64,000 nucleotides of DNA, from positions 40,613 to 104,612 of the forward strand of contig JAKDLG010000001.1 of assembly GCA_030452985.1 (NCBI GenBank), given 5' to 3'. The notes beneath the pieces were generated by a model that made no database searches, had not been told where the DNA came from, and saw only the letters and a program-made list of their open reading frames with translations. The stretch comes from Humibacillus sp. Its GTDB lineage: Bacteria; Actinomycetota; Actinomycetes; Actinomycetales; Dermatophilaceae. A program made the position numbers and the translations under genes. Positions 28,289 through 39,224 of this stretch are shown piece by piece; the first letter of the stretch is position 1, and every line of letters starts with the position of its first letter.

Positions 28289-28918
28289 GTGACGATCGAC
28301 GCAAAACCGGGTCCCGACGGCGTCGACATCGTGGTGCTGGTATCCGGTTCGGGGACCCTGCTCCAGGCCCTCATCGACGCCTGCACCGACCCGGGCTACG
28401 GCGTGCGCATCGTGGCCGTGGGTGCCGACCGTGCGTGTGCCGGCATCGAACGCGCCGAACGGGCCGGCATCCCGACGTTCGTCTGTCGGTTGTCGGACTT
28501 CGAGACCCGGCAGGAGTGGGATGCGGCTCTCGCGTCCCACCTGGACGCGGCTCGCCCTCAACTGGTCGTCACGGCGGGGTTCATGAGGCTGCTGGGCGTG
28601 CGTTCGCTCGGCGAGCGAACCGTCGTCAACACCCACCCGGCCCTGCTGCCGAGCTTTCCCGGTGCCCACGGGGTGCGCGACGCCCTGGCCTACGGGGTCA
28701 AGGTGACCGGCTCGACCTGCCACCTCGTCGACGGGGGCATCGACACGGGGCCGATCATCGAGCAGCGCACCCTGGCCGTGGCAGTGGATGACACCGAGCA
28801 GAGTCTGCACGAGCGCATCAAGGTGCTCGAGCGGCAGATGCTCGTCGACAACGTCGGTCGGATGGCCCGTGACGGGTTCACGGTCGAGGGCCGAGCCGTT
28901 CGGCTCGGCCACCCCTGA
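28289..28918 (+). CDS. purN: Phosphoribosylglycinamide formyltransferase.
   Basis: Motifs [29 protein letters not shown] and [17 protein letters not shown] are present. It lies directly upstream of purH. Confidence 0.93.
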   Translation: MTIDAKPGPDGVDIVVLVSGSGTLLQALIDACTDPGYGVRIVAVGADRACAGIERAERAGIPTFVCRLSDFETRQEWDAALASHLDAARPQLVVTAGFMRLLGVRSLGERTVVNTHPALLPSFPGAHGVRDALAYGVKVTGSTCHLVDGGIDTGPIIEQRTLAVAVDDTEQSLHERIKVLERQMLVDNVGRMARDGFTVEGRAVRLGHP

Positions 28919-29042
28919 TTGCTACTCTGGCTGCACACGACTGGCGCAGGTGGGCAACCACCGGGGAGTGACGTCGGGAGCATCGAACGCCTGGGTGCCC
29001 CCGGTCGCAGGCTCGTCCCCAGACCCCGTCACAGGAGTGAAC

Positions 29043-30698
29043 ATGGCTGCCCCCTTACGCACCTCGGCCGAACCGACCATGGCCGACCACGCCAGAGCGG
29101 ATGAGGGTCGCCGCCCCATCCGGCGAGCACTGGTCTCGGTCTACGACAAAACTGGTCTGGTCGAGCTCGCGGGTGTGCTCGGGGCCGCTGGCGTGACCAT
29201 CGTCTCGACCGGGTCGACGGCGAAGACCATTGCGGCGGCAGGGGTTGCGGTCACGCAGGTCGAAGAGCTCACGGGGTTTCCGGAGTGCCTCGACGGCCGC
29301 GTCAAGACGCTGCACCCGAAGGTGCACGCCGGCATCCTCGCCGACACCCGCAACGCAGACCACCTGCAGCAGCTCGACGACCTCGGGATCGAGCCGTTCG
29401 ACCTCGTCGTCGTCAACCTGTACCCGTTTGCCGAGACCGTGGCCTCGGGGGCCAGCCCTGACGAGTGTGTCGAGCAGATCGACATCGGCGGGCCGTCGAT
29501 GGTGCGGGCGGCCGCCAAGAACCACGCGAGCGTGGCCGTCGTCACCAGCCCAACGGCCTACGACCAGGTCGTCGAGGCCGTGGCGGCCGGTGGCTTCGCC
29601 CTCGAACAGCGCCGTCGTCTCGCGGCGGAGGCGTTCGTGCACACCGCGGGCTATGACGTAGCGGTGGCGAGCTGGATGGGTAACGTCGTGATTGACACGA
29701 GCGACGGCACCGGCTTCCCCAACTGGCTCGGGGCCACGTGGGAGCGCGCCGACGTGCTGCGCTACGGCGAGAACCCGCACCAACGCGCCGGCCTCTACCG
29801 GCACGCGCGGCCGGGAGTCGCCAGCGCAGAGCAGCTGCACGGCAAGGCGATGTCGTACAACAACTACGTCGACACGGATGCCGCTGTGCGCGCCGCTCAC
29901 GACCACGGTGACCAGCCGACGGTGGCCGTCGTCAAACACGCCAACCCCTGCGGCATCGCCATCGGCGACACGATCGAGGCCGCTTACGAGCGGGCCCACG
30001 CCACCGACCCGGTGAGCGCCTACGGCGGCATCATCGCGGCCAACCGCACCGTGACGGCCGCGATGGCCCGGGCCGCCAAGCCGGTGTTCACCGAGGTCAT
30101 CATTGCCCCCGACTTCGAGCCGGAGGCGCTCGAGATCCTCACGGCGAAGAAGAACCTGCGCGTGCTGCGACTCCCGGCCGGGATGGCGACGGCCGTCGAC
30201 GCGGTCGAGACCCGCGCCGTCAGCGGCGGGCTGCTCCTGCAGACCGTCGACCGGGTCGACGCGGTCGTGCGCGACGATGACGGCGCGATCACGGGGGGCG
30301 ATGACGCCGTGAACTGGCGTCTGGTGGCCGGCGAGGCCGCTGACGAGGCGACCGTGGCCGACCTCCAGTTCGCCTGGCGTGCCATTCGCGCGGTCAAGAG
30401 CAACGCGATCCTGCTCGCTCACGACGGCGCGGCGGTCGGCGTCGGGATGGGGCAGGTCAACCGGGTCGACGCGTGCTGGCTGGCGGTGCGCAGGGCGGGG
30501 GAGGAGCGGGCTCGGGGCTCGGTCGCGGCATCCGACGCCTTCTTCCCGTTCGCCGACGGTCTCCAGATTCTGCTGGATGCCGGTGTGCGCGCGGTCGTGG
30601 CCCCCGGCGGGTCGATCCGCGACGAGGAGGTCGTCGCCGCGGCCGAGGCGGCGGGCGTGACGATGTACTTCACCGGCACCCGCCACTTCGCCCACTGA
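29043..30698 (+). CDS. purH: Bifunctional AICAR transformylase / IMP cyclohydrolase.
   Basis: Motifs [48 protein letters not shown] and the C-terminal RHFAH are present. The start is at ATG 29043 or a later Met. The upstream part of the track ORF overlaps purN. Confidence 0.95.
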   Translation: MAAPLRTSAEPTMADHARADEGRRPIRRALVSVYDKTGLVELAGVLGAAGVTIVSTGSTAKTIAAAGVAVTQVEELTGFPECLDGRVKTLHPKVHAGILADTRNADHLQQLDDLGIEPFDLVVVNLYPFAETVASGASPDECVEQIDIGGPSMVRAAAKNHASVAVVTSPTAYDQVVEAVAAGGFALEQRRRLAAEAFVHTAGYDVAVASWMGNVVIDTSDGTGFPNWLGATWERADVLRYGENPHQRAGLYRHARPGVASAEQLHGKAMSYNNYVDTDAAVRAAHDHGDQPTVAVVKHANPCGIAIGDTIEAAYERAHATDPVSAYGGIIAANRTVTAAMARAAKPVFTEVIIAPDFEPEALEILTAKKNLRVLRLPAGMATAVDAVETRAVSGGLLLQTVDRVDAVVRDDDGAITGGDDAVNWRLVAGEAADEATVADLQFAWRAIRAVKSNAILLAHDGAAVGVGMGQVNRVDACWLAVRRAGEERARGSVAASDAFFPFADGLQILLDAGVRAVVAPGGSIRDEEVVAAAEAAGVTMYFTGTRHFAH

Positions 30699-30728
30699 CG
30701 GACGCCCGGTCCGCGCCGCCACTTTCCT

Positions 30729-30780
30729 GGCTCTCTCGCTCCCGGCTCTCGCGCTCCCGGCTCTCGCGCTCCCGGGCTTC
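30729..30780. repeat. 15-bp tandem repeat, about 3.5 copies (GGCTCTCGCGCTCCC).
   Basis: Units at 30729-30743, 30744-30758 and 30759-30773, plus a partial unit, were read directly. The array abuts the palindromic hairpin at 30778. Confidence 0.85.
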
Positions 30781-30830
30781 ACCGTCGAAAGGACGTTTCG
30801 TGTCGCACGAAACGTCCTTTCGACGGTGAA
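30778..30830. terminator. Perfect 25-bp-stem palindromic hairpin (family B copy 1). Candidate terminator or REP-like element downstream of purH.
   Basis: The sequence TTCACCGTCGAAAGGACGTTTCGTG-TCG-CACGAAACGTCCTTTCGACGGTGAA was read directly. There is no U-tract. Confidence 0.6.
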
Positions 30831-30931
30831 TGCGGGTCGAGAGGGCAATGTCGGGCCCTCGTCGCGGCCCGATCCGGCGCTGGACCGACCCAGGCTTCGG
30901 CCGGCGCACCCCTGGGTGGCAGGCTGCCACG

Positions 30932-31891
30932 GTGACCGAAACCCGCGCCCTCCGTACCGCGCCCGCCGATCTCACCTGGCTGGTGGCGGTGGCGGCCTCG
31001 CTGTGGGGGCTTTCAGCCCTGTGGCGCGAACCCCTGGCGAAAGAGTATCCGGCCCTGACGGTCGTGTTCTGGGAGCACCTCGTGCTGACCCTTCTCGTCA
31101 GCCCGTGGCTGGTGCCCGCCGTGCGCCGCCTATTGGCCTCGAGCACCCGTACCAAGGTCAGCGTGCTCGTGATTGGCGCGGGCAGCTCGGCGATCGCGAC
31201 GACGCTCTTCACCGCCGCCTTTCGACTGGGTGACCCGATCACGCCGCAGGTGCTGCAGAAGCTGCAGCCGCTCATCGCCGTGGCGCTCGCGGCCCTGCTG
31301 CTCGGCGAACGAGTGCGCGCCAGTTACGCGCTGTTCGCTGTTCCAGCGCTCGTGGGCGCCTGGCTGCTGGCGTTTCCCGACCCTCTGGGAGTCAGCGTGT
31401 CGAGCGCCGAGGCAGCGTTGCTCGCGGTGGGAGCTGCTGCCCTCTGGGCAGCCGGGACCGTACTCGGACGCGCTGCCAGCGCCGAGCTGAAGTTCGCCGA
31501 CATCACGGCCCTGCGCTTCGGCGTCGGGCTGCTGACGCTGCTGGCCTTAAGTGGTGCAACCCGCACCCCGCTCGCCATCGGTGTCGAGGCGGTACCGAAC
31601 CTGCTGCTGCTGGCGGTCGTTCCCGGTCTGCTTGCCCTGCTGCTCTACTACCGGGCTCTCGGGCGCACCCCTGCCTCACGCGCCACCCTCGCCGAGCTGG
31701 CGTTCCCCCTCACCGCAGCCGTCGTCGGGGTCACCGCCCTCGGCGCCACCCTCGCCGGCTCGCAGTGGCTGGGCTTGGTCGTGGTGCTCCTGTCGGTGGT
31801 GGGGCTTGCCGTGCACGAGCAGCGCTCCCGCCGTCCTTCGGTGCCAGTGCCCGACCGCGCTGCTGAGGCCCTCCCCGTCACGGCGCGCTAG
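30932..31891 (+). CDS. EamA/DMT-superfamily transporter.
   Basis: About ten hydrophobic helices in two EamA-like halves (LVAVAASLWGLSALW..., LLLLAVVPGLLALLLYYRAL). The start is proposed at GTG 30932. The track ORF start at 30830 lies inside the hairpin element. Confidence 0.7.
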   Translation: MTETRALRTAPADLTWLVAVAASLWGLSALWREPLAKEYPALTVVFWEHLVLTLLVSPWLVPAVRRLLASSTRTKVSVLVIGAGSSAIATTLFTAAFRLGDPITPQVLQKLQPLIAVALAALLLGERVRASYALFAVPALVGAWLLAFPDPLGVSVSSAEAALLAVGAAALWAAGTVLGRAASAELKFADITALRFGVGLLTLLALSGATRTPLAIGVEAVPNLLLLAVVPGLLALLLYYRALGRTPASRATLAELAFPLTAAVVGVTALGATLAGSQWLGLVVVLLSVVGLAVHEQRSRRPSVPVPDRAAEALPVTAR

Positions 31892-31919
31892 AACACCAAC
31901 TGCCCTCTCGACCCCCTTC

Positions 31920-31968
31920 CACCGTCGAAAGGACAGTTCGTGCGACACGAACTGTCCTCTCGACGGTG
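31920..31968. terminator. Palindromic hairpin with a 23-bp stem and one mismatch (family B copy 2). Candidate bidirectional terminator between the convergent genes.
   Basis: The sequence CACCGTCGAAAGGACAGTTCGTG-CGA-CACGAACTGTCCTCTCGACGGTG was read directly. It is nearly identical to copy 1, and the differences are paired on both arms. Confidence 0.6.
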
Positions 31969-31978
31969 AAAGCGGGGG

Positions 31979-33115
31979 TCAGGGGCGCCAGGCGTAGCCG
32001 GTCGGTTCGCCCGCACCGAGGTCGACGATGGCCGCGACCGGGCCACCGCCGTCGGGCCCCTGGTGTGCCGCCGACACCGAAACGAAGCAGGCGGGGTCAC
32101 CGGTCACGGATGCCGTGACGCCGCCGACGCAGGCCTTGATCTGCCGGTGCCAGTGCACGTCGGAGTCGTCGAGCATGGCGTTGCGCCGACCGTGCACCTG
32201 CCCGTTGGCGCTCACCTCGCACTTGAGGAACACGTTGACGAGCCGTCCGGCGATGTCGCTCGGGTGGGCCCGCTCGGGCAGGTCCAGGCCGGCGTCGCGG
32301 ATCGCGTCCCAGATGCCGTCGGCGTCGAGGGCGTCACGCATCACGGAGTGGCCGATGCGGTAGCGCCCGCCGATGCCGCGCACGTTGCCGACCACGACCA
32401 CCTGAGCCTGGTCGAGCTCGACACCCGAGCTGCACGAGGCGACCGACGAGAACAACGACCGGTCACGCATGATGTCGGCGTCGGTGGGCATCTCGATCTC
32501 GCCGAGCGCCACGGCGACACCGAGACCGGTGGTGCCGTTGGAGAGGTCCATCGACTCGTGGGTGTGCTCGGTCCAGACCTGGTGGCCGCGCGCCTTGGCG
32601 TCACGGATCGTGTGGATGGTGAGCAGCGGGGTCTTCGTCTGCACGTAGTGCACGTCGGCGGGGTCGGTGATGCCGGCTCGCCCCATCGCGACCTTCACGG
32701 CATCCGCCACCTTCGTCACCATGGCCACGTAGCCGATCTCCTCCGGCAGGAGGGGCTCGCTCATGGCGAACCCGACCGTCAGCCGGGGCTCGTCGCTCGG
32801 CTCGGCCTGCCCGGCGGGCACGGTCGCGAAGATCGTGGCGTGCGGGCTGATCACCCCGTCGGTGCCGCCCGACCAGACGATCGGCACCTGCCTGACCTGC
32901 TCGGCCGGGGCGCCCTTGGCGATCAACACCTCGCGGAAGGCGCGGTCGGCGATGATGCGCGTGTAGTCGTTGACGCCGCCGTTGCCCTCGGTCTTGCCGA
33001 TGACGGCGACGACGCGGGAGGCTTCCATCACTCCGTCGTCGATGAGCCGGGCCAGGCCCGACGCGTCGCTGACGGAGTCGAGCACAACCTTGCGGACCTC
33101 GATGGCTTCGGGCAC
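31979..33115 (-). CDS. Ring-opening amidohydrolase (barbiturase / cyanuric acid amidohydrolase family).
   Basis: Translation from GTG 33115 (Shine-Dalgarno AAGGTGA upstream) gives [53 protein letters not shown]..., about 378 aa. The KTEGNG motif and the size fit the AtzD/TrzD/barbiturase family. Confidence 0.75.
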   Translation of the reverse strand: MPEAIEVRKVVLDSVSDASGLARLIDDGVMEASRVVAVIGKTEGNGGVNDYTRIIADRAFREVLIAKGAPAEQVRQVPIVWSGGTDGVISPHATIFATVPAGQAEPSDEPRLTVGFAMSEPLLPEEIGYVAMVTKVADAVKVAMGRAGITDPADVHYVQTKTPLLTIHTIRDAKARGHQVWTEHTHESMDLSNGTTGLGVAVALGEIEMPTDADIMRDRSLFSSVASCSSGVELDQAQVVVVGNVRGIGGRYRIGHSVMRDALDADGIWDAIRDAGLDLPERAHPSDIAGRLVNVFLKCEVSANGQVHGRRNAMLDDSDVHWHRQIKACVGGVTASVTGDPACFVSVSAAHQGPDGGGPVAAIVDLGAGEPTGYAWRP

Positions 33116-33119
33116 GGGA

Positions 33120-34109
33120 TCACCTTTCGTGGGAGGGAAGAGCGGGGGCTGACGGGCTGGGCTGTCGGGGTTGAGCCCGGCCTTCGATGACCGTGCCCAC
33201 CTCACCGTCGATGGCCACAGCGATCTGGGCGAGAGAGGTAATGACCGACCACGATCCGCCGGCCCGCACGAATCGCATCGCCGCCTCGACCTTGGGGCCC
33301 ATCGAACCCGACGCGAACTGGCCCGCAGCCGCATACGCCTGCGCCTGTTCGAGACTGACCCGCCCGATCGGCGCGGCCGTCGGGGTGCCCCAGTGGATGA
33401 CGGCGTTCGGCACGTCAGTGGCGATCACCAGCACGTCGGCCTCCACGGCTCGGGCGAGCAGGGCAGCGGTGAGGTCCTTGTCGATGACGGCCTCGACGCC
33501 GTGCAGAGCGCCGTTTGCCGAGCGGGCCACCGGGATGCCGCCACCTCCCGCCGCGACCACGACGTAGCCCGCGTCTAGCAGAGTGAGCAGCGTATGCGTC
33601 TCGAGCACCTCGACCGGATCGGGGGAGGCGACCACCCGACGCCAGCCGTGTTCGCCGCGGTCCTCCCACTGCTCGCCGTGGTCGACCAGGGCCTGGGCCT
33701 GCTCGCGGGGCAGGTAGCGCCCGATCGGCTTGGTCGGGTGGGCGAAACCGGGGTCGTCGGCGCTCACGAGGGTGCGGGTCACGATCGCGGCGACGGGCGT
33801 GGCCAGGCCCCGCTCGGCGAGGGCGGCTTCCAGGGTGTCGAGGATGGTGAACCCGATCGTGGCCTGGGTCTGGGCGCCGCACCAGTCGAGCGGCACCGGT
33901 GGCACCACGGCGGCCGCCAGTTCGTTCTTCACCAGTATGTTGCCCACCTGGGGGCCGTTGCCATGGGTGAGCACGACCTCGTGGCCCGCCGCGACGAGGT
34001 CGGCCACGGGTGCCATCGCGGCTGAGATCGCGTCGTTCTGGGCCTGGGGTGTCGCACTCCCGTCGGGCCCGATCATGGCGTTGCCGCCGAGCGCCACCAC
34101 CACTCTCAC
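33120..34109 (-). CDS. arcC: Carbamate kinase.
   Basis: The ORF starts [12 protein letters not shown]...[13 protein letters not shown] and continues ...GGGGIPV...VIDKDL, which are classic carbamate kinase motifs. Confidence 0.9.
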   Translation of the reverse strand: MRVVVALGGNAMIGPDGSATPQAQNDAISAAMAPVADLVAAGHEVVLTHGNGPQVGNILVKNELAAAVVPPVPLDWCGAQTQATIGFTILDTLEAALAERGLATPVAAIVTRTLVSADDPGFAHPTKPIGRYLPREQAQALVDHGEQWEDRGEHGWRRVVASPDPVEVLETHTLLTLLDAGYVVVAAGGGGIPVARSANGALHGVEAVIDKDLTAALLARAVEADVLVIATDVPNAVIHWGTPTAAPIGRVSLEQAQAYAAAGQFASGSMGPKVEAAMRFVRAGGSWSVITSLAQIAVAIDGEVGTVIEGRAQPRQPSPSAPALPSHER

Positions 34110-34257
34110 GTCGCACTCACCATCGTCGGCCGGGTGTGGGCTCGCTCGTCATGGCGTGAGCATAAGCAGTAAGGCATTGTCTCCGCGATGTCACGTTGTG
34201 CCCAAACCCATCCGTCCGTGGGGGCGGCGTCGCCCTGAACGTTGCACCGGATGCCGT

Positions 34258-36240
34258 TCACAGCCAGTCGACCTCGGCCGACGTCTGGCCGCCCGAGAGC
34301 GTCGCGTAGCCGGGCCCGCGGTCGAAGAATGGCTGGTGCGCGGGTCGGGCCGCTCGCAGCTCGGCTCGCAGGGCGTCGGAGGCGACCTGGTCGATGACGG
34401 GGTGGTCCCGGTCTCCGGCGGCGATCACGCCGTAGTCTCGGCGGGCACCGTCCCGGCTGACCTTGCCCCAGCGAAGGTCGCGCTCGACCTCCTCGTAGGG
34501 CCGCTCGAGCGGGTCGCCCCAGCCGCCCCCGCCGGTGGTGCGGATGCGGATGACCTGACCGGCCAGTACCGGCTCTGCGTCAGCCAGAGCGTCGACGACG
34601 CGCTCGTCAGAGCCGCCGGGGTCGATCGTGACCTCGAAGGAGGCCCCGGCCCGACCGCCTCGGACCCCCCAGCAGGCGAGGATCGACCGGTCGGCGATCG
34701 ACATGAGGTGTGCGTCGCGCAGCATCCGGATCTGCTTCTCGTAGCCGAGGCCCCCCCGATGTCGCCCGGGGCCTCCGGAATCGACGGCGAGCCCGAGACG
34801 TTCGACCAGGAAGGGGAAGCGGCTCTCGGTGAACTCCGTGGGCAAATTGCGGCTGTCGGGCACCACGTGGATGGTGTCCTCACCGTCGGCGTAGGGGCGG
34901 CCACCGGAGCCGCCCCCGAGCACCTCCCGCATGAGGTAGTCGTTGTCGTCTCTGTCCTTGCCGTAGACGCCGGTGTAGCGGATCGTCTCCTGGTCGGCCG
35001 GCATCTGCCCGTCGACCGCCTTGGCGACGACGCCGGTCAGCACCCCCAGCAGCCGCAGGATGACGAAGGTGCGCGCGTTGGTGGGAGCCGGGTAGATCGG
35101 GGTGAGCAACGTGCCCTTCTCGGGGAACCGCATCTCGATCAGGGGCACGACCCCCTCGTTGACGTCGAGCTGCGCCATCCGCTCCGGCGTGTCGGCGAGG
35201 TTGCGCAGGATGGGGGCGAGCCACTTCTTGAGAAAGTTGCCGCCGACGTAGTCGCCGCAGTGGTTGATCGGGCCTTTCGCCTGTGCCGACGTGCCGGTGA
35301 AGTCGATGATGATCCTCGGTCCGCCGTCGGGATAGCGGTCGGGGTGGCCGGGGCCTCCCGTCGAGGTCTTGGTCAGGGTGATTCGCTGGGCGTGCAGCCG
35401 CGGCTCGTCGACGCCGTCGTGCTCGGCGTAGTCCTCCCAGACGTACGTGCCGTCGGGGATCTTCGAGAGGATCTCGCGGCGATAGGTCTCGGTCGTTCGA
35501 TCGAGGATCTCGTCGAACGCGGCCTCGACGGCGGGGCGGCCGTAGCGCTCGAATAGCTCGGCGAGCCGCCGTGCCCCCATCAGACAGGCCGAGCACTCCG
35601 CGTCGAGGTCGGCCGCCAGGCTCTCCGGCATCCGGCTGTTTCGCGTCATGATCCGTAGGGCGGCGCGGTTGGGAACCCCCTTGTCCCACAACTTGATCGG
35701 CGGGACCATCAGGCCCTCCTCGTAGACCGAGCGGGCGTGGCTGGGCATCGAGCCGGGCACGGCGCCGCCGATGTCGTCGTGGTGGCCGAAAGCCTGCACG
35801 AAGGCGACGACTGCACCGTCGCAGAAGACGGGAACCGTGACGCAGAGGTCGGGCAGGTGGCCGATGCCGCCTTCCGACTCGTAGACGTCGTTGTGGAAGA
35901 AGATGTCGCCATCGGCCATCTCGGCGAGGGGGAAGTCACGCGCGACCGGGTGCACGAGGGCGCTGTAGGAGCGCCCCGTCAGCTTGCGCAGCTGACGGTC
36001 GTGGATGCCGGCGCGAAAGTCATGGGCGTCGCGGATCATCGGCGAGCGTGACGTGCGCCCGATGGCGGTCTCCACCTCCAGCTCGACGCTCGCCAGGGTG
36101 CCCTCGACGATCTCGACGAGGATGGGGTCGACCGCGGTGCCCTCGGGGGTGAGCCGGTTGCCATGCTCGTAGGCGGTCGGCAGCCCCGCCGGGTTGACGG
36201 GGGAGCTCGAGCCGCCACGGGCCTCATTGACCGGTTCCAT
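34258..36240 (-). CDS. Hydantoinase B / oxoprolinase family protein (HyuB-like).
   Basis: Motifs DPILVEIVEGTLASVE...MIRDAHDFRAGI...ESEGGIGHLPD and the C-terminal GGGGWGDPLERP are present. The start is at Met 36240, overlapping the hyuA-like gene by 17 nt. Confidence 0.85.
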   Translation of the reverse strand: MEPVNEARGGSSSPVNPAGLPTAYEHGNRLTPEGTAVDPILVEIVEGTLASVELEVETAIGRTSRSPMIRDAHDFRAGIHDRQLRKLTGRSYSALVHPVARDFPLAEMADGDIFFHNDVYESEGGIGHLPDLCVTVPVFCDGAVVAFVQAFGHHDDIGGAVPGSMPSHARSVYEEGLMVPPIKLWDKGVPNRAALRIMTRNSRMPESLAADLDAECSACLMGARRLAELFERYGRPAVEAAFDEILDRTTETYRREILSKIPDGTYVWEDYAEHDGVDEPRLHAQRITLTKTSTGGPGHPDRYPDGGPRIIIDFTGTSAQAKGPINHCGDYVGGNFLKKWLAPILRNLADTPERMAQLDVNEGVVPLIEMRFPEKGTLLTPIYPAPTNARTFVILRLLGVLTGVVAKAVDGQMPADQETIRYTGVYGKDRDDNDYLMREVLGGGSGGRPYADGEDTIHVVPDSRNLPTEFTESRFPFLVERLGLAVDSGGPGRHRGGLGYEKQIRMLRDAHLMSIADRSILACWGVRGGRAGASFEVTIDPGGSDERVVDALADAEPVLAGQVIRIRTTGGGGWGDPLERPYEEVERDLRWGKVSRDGARRDYGVIAAGDRDHPVIDQVASDALRAELRAARPAHQPFFDRGPGYATLSGGQTSAEVDWL

Positions 36241-38395
36241 GGCCGACCTCCTTGGTGATGACGAGGTTGCCGAGGTCGTCGACCCGGATCGCGAAGCCGG
36301 GGTGCACCGGCACCGTCGAGCCGAACTCCTCAACAATGGCCGGTCCCACTACCCTGTCACCGGACAGCAGAGCCGGACGCCACCACACGCCGGTGTCCAG
36401 ATAACCCGCGTCGGCGTCGAAACAGACCGGTCGGACGCTGCGGTGAGCGCGCTCACGCACGGTGACACCGTCACCTGATCCGGACCGGTCGATCGGCCGT
36501 GGCTCCGGTCGGCTGATCGGCCCCACTCCGGAGACGCGGAGGTTGACCCACTCGACCTGCTGCGTGGGGTCAGACCGGAAGTCGTAGCCGTAGAGGGCGC
36601 GGTGCTCCTCGTGGAAGCGCAGGGCGATGACGTCGGCGTAATCCACGTCGACGTCGCCGTCGGGAGCGGCGACGGGCACCTCGTAGGCCTGCCCGAAGTA
36701 GCGCAGGTCGACCGTACGCGCGAATCGCTGCACCGACCGCGGGAACCCTTCAGCGTCAAGGGCCTTCGTGGCCCGGGCGGTGAGGTCGTCGAACGACCTC
36801 TGCACCGCCGCGTGGTCGAGCGCGTGGTGACGGGCGACCGACGTCTGCACGTAGTCGTTCTTGACGTCGACGGTGAGCAGCCCGAACGCCGACACGTTGC
36901 CGGGGTTCTGGGGTACGAGTACGCCGGCAAGGCCGAGGATGTCGACCAGGCGACAGGCCAGGAGCGAACCGGAGCCGCCGAAGGTGGTGAGCATGAAGTC
37001 GCGCACGTCGAGGCCGCGTTTGACGCTCACCTGGCGCAGGGCGTTGGCCTGGTTCCAGGCCGAGATCTCGAGGATGCCGGCCGCGCACTGCGCCAGCCCG
37101 AGGCCGAGGCGCCCCGCCAGCTGCTGGATGCCGGCCCGCGCGGCCTCGACGTCGATCGGGATCTCGCCACCGAGCAGGTGCCCCGGGATACGGCCGAGCA
37201 CCAGGTGGGCATCGGTGATCGTCGGGTCGCTCCCACCCTTGCCGTAGCAGAGGGGCCCCGGCTCGGCCCCGGCCGACTGCGGACCGACCTTGAGCGAGCC
37301 CTGGGGAGAGACCCACGCGATCGACCCTCCGCCGGCGCCGACGGTGACGACGTCGATCATCGGGATCTTGCTGGGGTAGGCCCCGATCGACCCCTCGGTC
37401 GTCAGGGTCGGTTCGCCGGCGAGCACGACGGAGACGTCGGTCGAGGTGCCGCCGCCGTCGCAGGTCAGCACTCGGTCGAACCCGGCCCGGCTGGCGATGA
37501 GGCCGGCGCCGAGAGCGCCCGCCGCCGGTCCGGACAGCACGGTGGTGATCGGCTGGTGCACGACCTCGTCGGCCGACAGCACGCCGCCGTTGGACTTCAT
37601 GATGTGAAACGGCACATGCGCGCTCAGGGTCGCGGCAGTCGGTTGCGCGGGCGTGTGCTCTACCGGCTCGGGCTCTTCGGCGGTTAGCGCCGACAACCGC
37701 TCGGCGATGGTGGCGACGTAGCGCGACACGGTGGGCTTCACCGCGGCGTCGAGCAGGGTCGTCATGGAGCGCTCGTACTCGCGGTACTCGCGCAGCACCT
37801 CGGAGCTGATCGAGACGACCGCCTCGGGGTGCTCGCGGCTCAACACCTCCCGCATCGCGATCTCGTGGCGGTCGTCGGCGTAGGAGTGCAGCAGGCAGAC
37901 ACCGATCGTCGTGATATCTCGCTCGCGAAACCATCGCGCCGCTGCGACGGCGCTGGCCTCGTCGAACGGACGGACCTCGCGACCCTCGAAGTCGAGACGG
38001 CCGCCCACGGTTCTGACGTGGTCGGCCGCGACAATGCGGGGCGGCTTGACCCAGAAGTAGGAGTTGCCGTAGCCGTCGGGCACCGACTGCCGGGCGATCT
38101 CGAGGATGAACTTGTAGCCCTCCGTTGTGATGAAGCCGAGCGACCCGGTCTTGCCTTCGAGCAGCTGGTTCGTGGCGACGGTCGTTCCGTGCGAGACAGA
38201 CGTGACGTCGTGGCTCTCGGCCCCCATGATGCCGAGCACCTTGTGAATCCCGGCCATGAAGCCGTCGGCCGGGTTGCCCGGCGTCGACGGTGTCTTGGTG
38301 GTCACCATCTCCCCTGAGTCTTCGTCGAGCGCCACGACGTCGGTGAAGGTGCCGCCGGTGTCGATCCCGATACGGATGCGGCTCACCGAGCTCAC
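36224..38395 (-). CDS. Hydantoinase A / oxoprolinase family protein (HyuA-like).
   Basis: The N-terminus IRIGIDTGGTFTDVV, with later DGGGTSTDV and GAGGGSIAWV, shows ASKHA-fold ATPase motifs. The start is ambiguous among GTG 38386, GTG 38395 and TTG 38404, inside a 9-bp duplication. Confidence 0.85.
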   Translation of the reverse strand: MSSVSRIRIGIDTGGTFTDVVALDEDSGEMVTTKTPSTPGNPADGFMAGIHKVLGIMGAESHDVTSVSHGTTVATNQLLEGKTGSLGFITTEGYKFILEIARQSVPDGYGNSYFWVKPPRIVAADHVRTVGGRLDFEGREVRPFDEASAVAAARWFRERDITTIGVCLLHSYADDRHEIAMREVLSREHPEAVVSISSEVLREYREYERSMTTLLDAAVKPTVSRYVATIAERLSALTAEEPEPVEHTPAQPTAATLSAHVPFHIMKSNGGVLSADEVVHQPITTVLSGPAAGALGAGLIASRAGFDRVLTCDGGGTSTDVSVVLAGEPTLTTEGSIGAYPSKIPMIDVVTVGAGGGSIAWVSPQGSLKVGPQSAGAEPGPLCYGKGGSDPTITDAHLVLGRIPGHLLGGEIPIDVEAARAGIQQLAGRLGLGLAQCAAGILEISAWNQANALRQVSVKRGLDVRDFMLTTFGGSGSLLACRLVDILGLAGVLVPQNPGNVSAFGLLTVDVKNDYVQTSVARHHALDHAAVQRSFDDLTARATKALDAEGFPRSVQRFARTVDLRYFGQAYEVPVAAPDGDVDVDYADVIALRFHEEHRALYGYDFRSDPTQQVEWVNLRVSGVGPISRPEPRPIDRSGSGDGVTVRERAHRSVRPVCFDADAGYLDTGVWWRPALLSGDRVVGPAIVEEFGSTVPVHPGFAIRVDDLGNLVITKEVGHGTGQ

Positions 38396-38513
38396 CGAGC
38401 TCAACGCGGGGGAGCGGAGGAAGCGATCATGACCCGATTCAACCCGGCACCCTCGACCAGAGCGCTGGCACAACCTGCCAACCCGGGCGGGGCGCTCGGT
38501 CAACCCTCGCCGG

Positions 38514-39161
38514 TCACGACCCGCGGATGCTGCAGTCGACCCGTCCTGATGCGCTGGCCGCCTTCACCACGCGGTTGCCGTTGAGCAGGCGGCAGCCCAG
38601 CGTGGACCCCGGTGTGCGGGCTGTTGCCGTGACCCGGACGGTCTGGACAGCTGCCGCCACGTCACTGGATGCCGGGAGGCTGCCCCGGTACGGCAACGAG
38701 ACCTGCACCGTCTCGACACCGAGGGCGGAGCCCATGACGAGGTCGGCCTGGCCCGAGCCGTCGACCTCGATGATCAGGTTGGTGAGGGAGTCAGGTGCCC
38801 CGGCCTGGCCCTGGCCAGCGGCAGGAACGTTGGCCTCGGCTCGCTCGGCTGCCACGACCTGCTCGCCGACCCCGGGCCGCTGAGGAGGCGTCTCACCGAT
38901 GGCAGACCGGCCCGAGACGCCGATGACCAGCGCGCCGAGCACGGCCACGGCCGTGACTGCGGCCGCCAGCCTCAGGGGGGCGGGGGTGCCTCGCCGCTGG
39001 GCGGCGTCACGGTCGAGATCGTGGTCCGGGACCAGGGGTGGCACCTCAGCGCCAGGTGGCAGACCCGGTGGCAGTCCCGTGCGCGAGGTCGCGGGGCGGT
39101 TCGCCGGTCGAGCGGCATCCGGAGTGCGGCGAGCGCGGGTGTGCTGGTCAAGGTCGCTCAT
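38514..39161 (-). CDS. Membrane-anchored hypothetical protein, MmpS-like C-terminal domain suspected.
   Basis: It has a Pro/Arg-rich N-terminus and one TM helix (LRLAAAVTAVAVLGALVIGV). The C-terminal domain ends LGCRLLNGNRVVKAASASGRVDCSI, a two-Cys pattern reminiscent of MmpS. Confidence 0.4.
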   Translation of the reverse strand: MSDLDQHTRARRTPDAARPANRPATSRTGLPPGLPPGAEVPPLVPDHDLDRDAAQRRGTPAPLRLAAAVTAVAVLGALVIGVSGRSAIGETPPQRPGVGEQVVAAERAEANVPAAGQGQAGAPDSLTNLIIEVDGSGQADLVMGSALGVETVQVSLPYRGSLPASSDVAAAVQTVRVTATARTPGSTLGCRLLNGNRVVKAASASGRVDCSIRGS

Positions 39162-39224
39162 CGGATCCCTCGTCTCATACGGCTGTGTCCAGACAGTACG
39201 TCACCGTGGTCCACCGCCCGTGAC

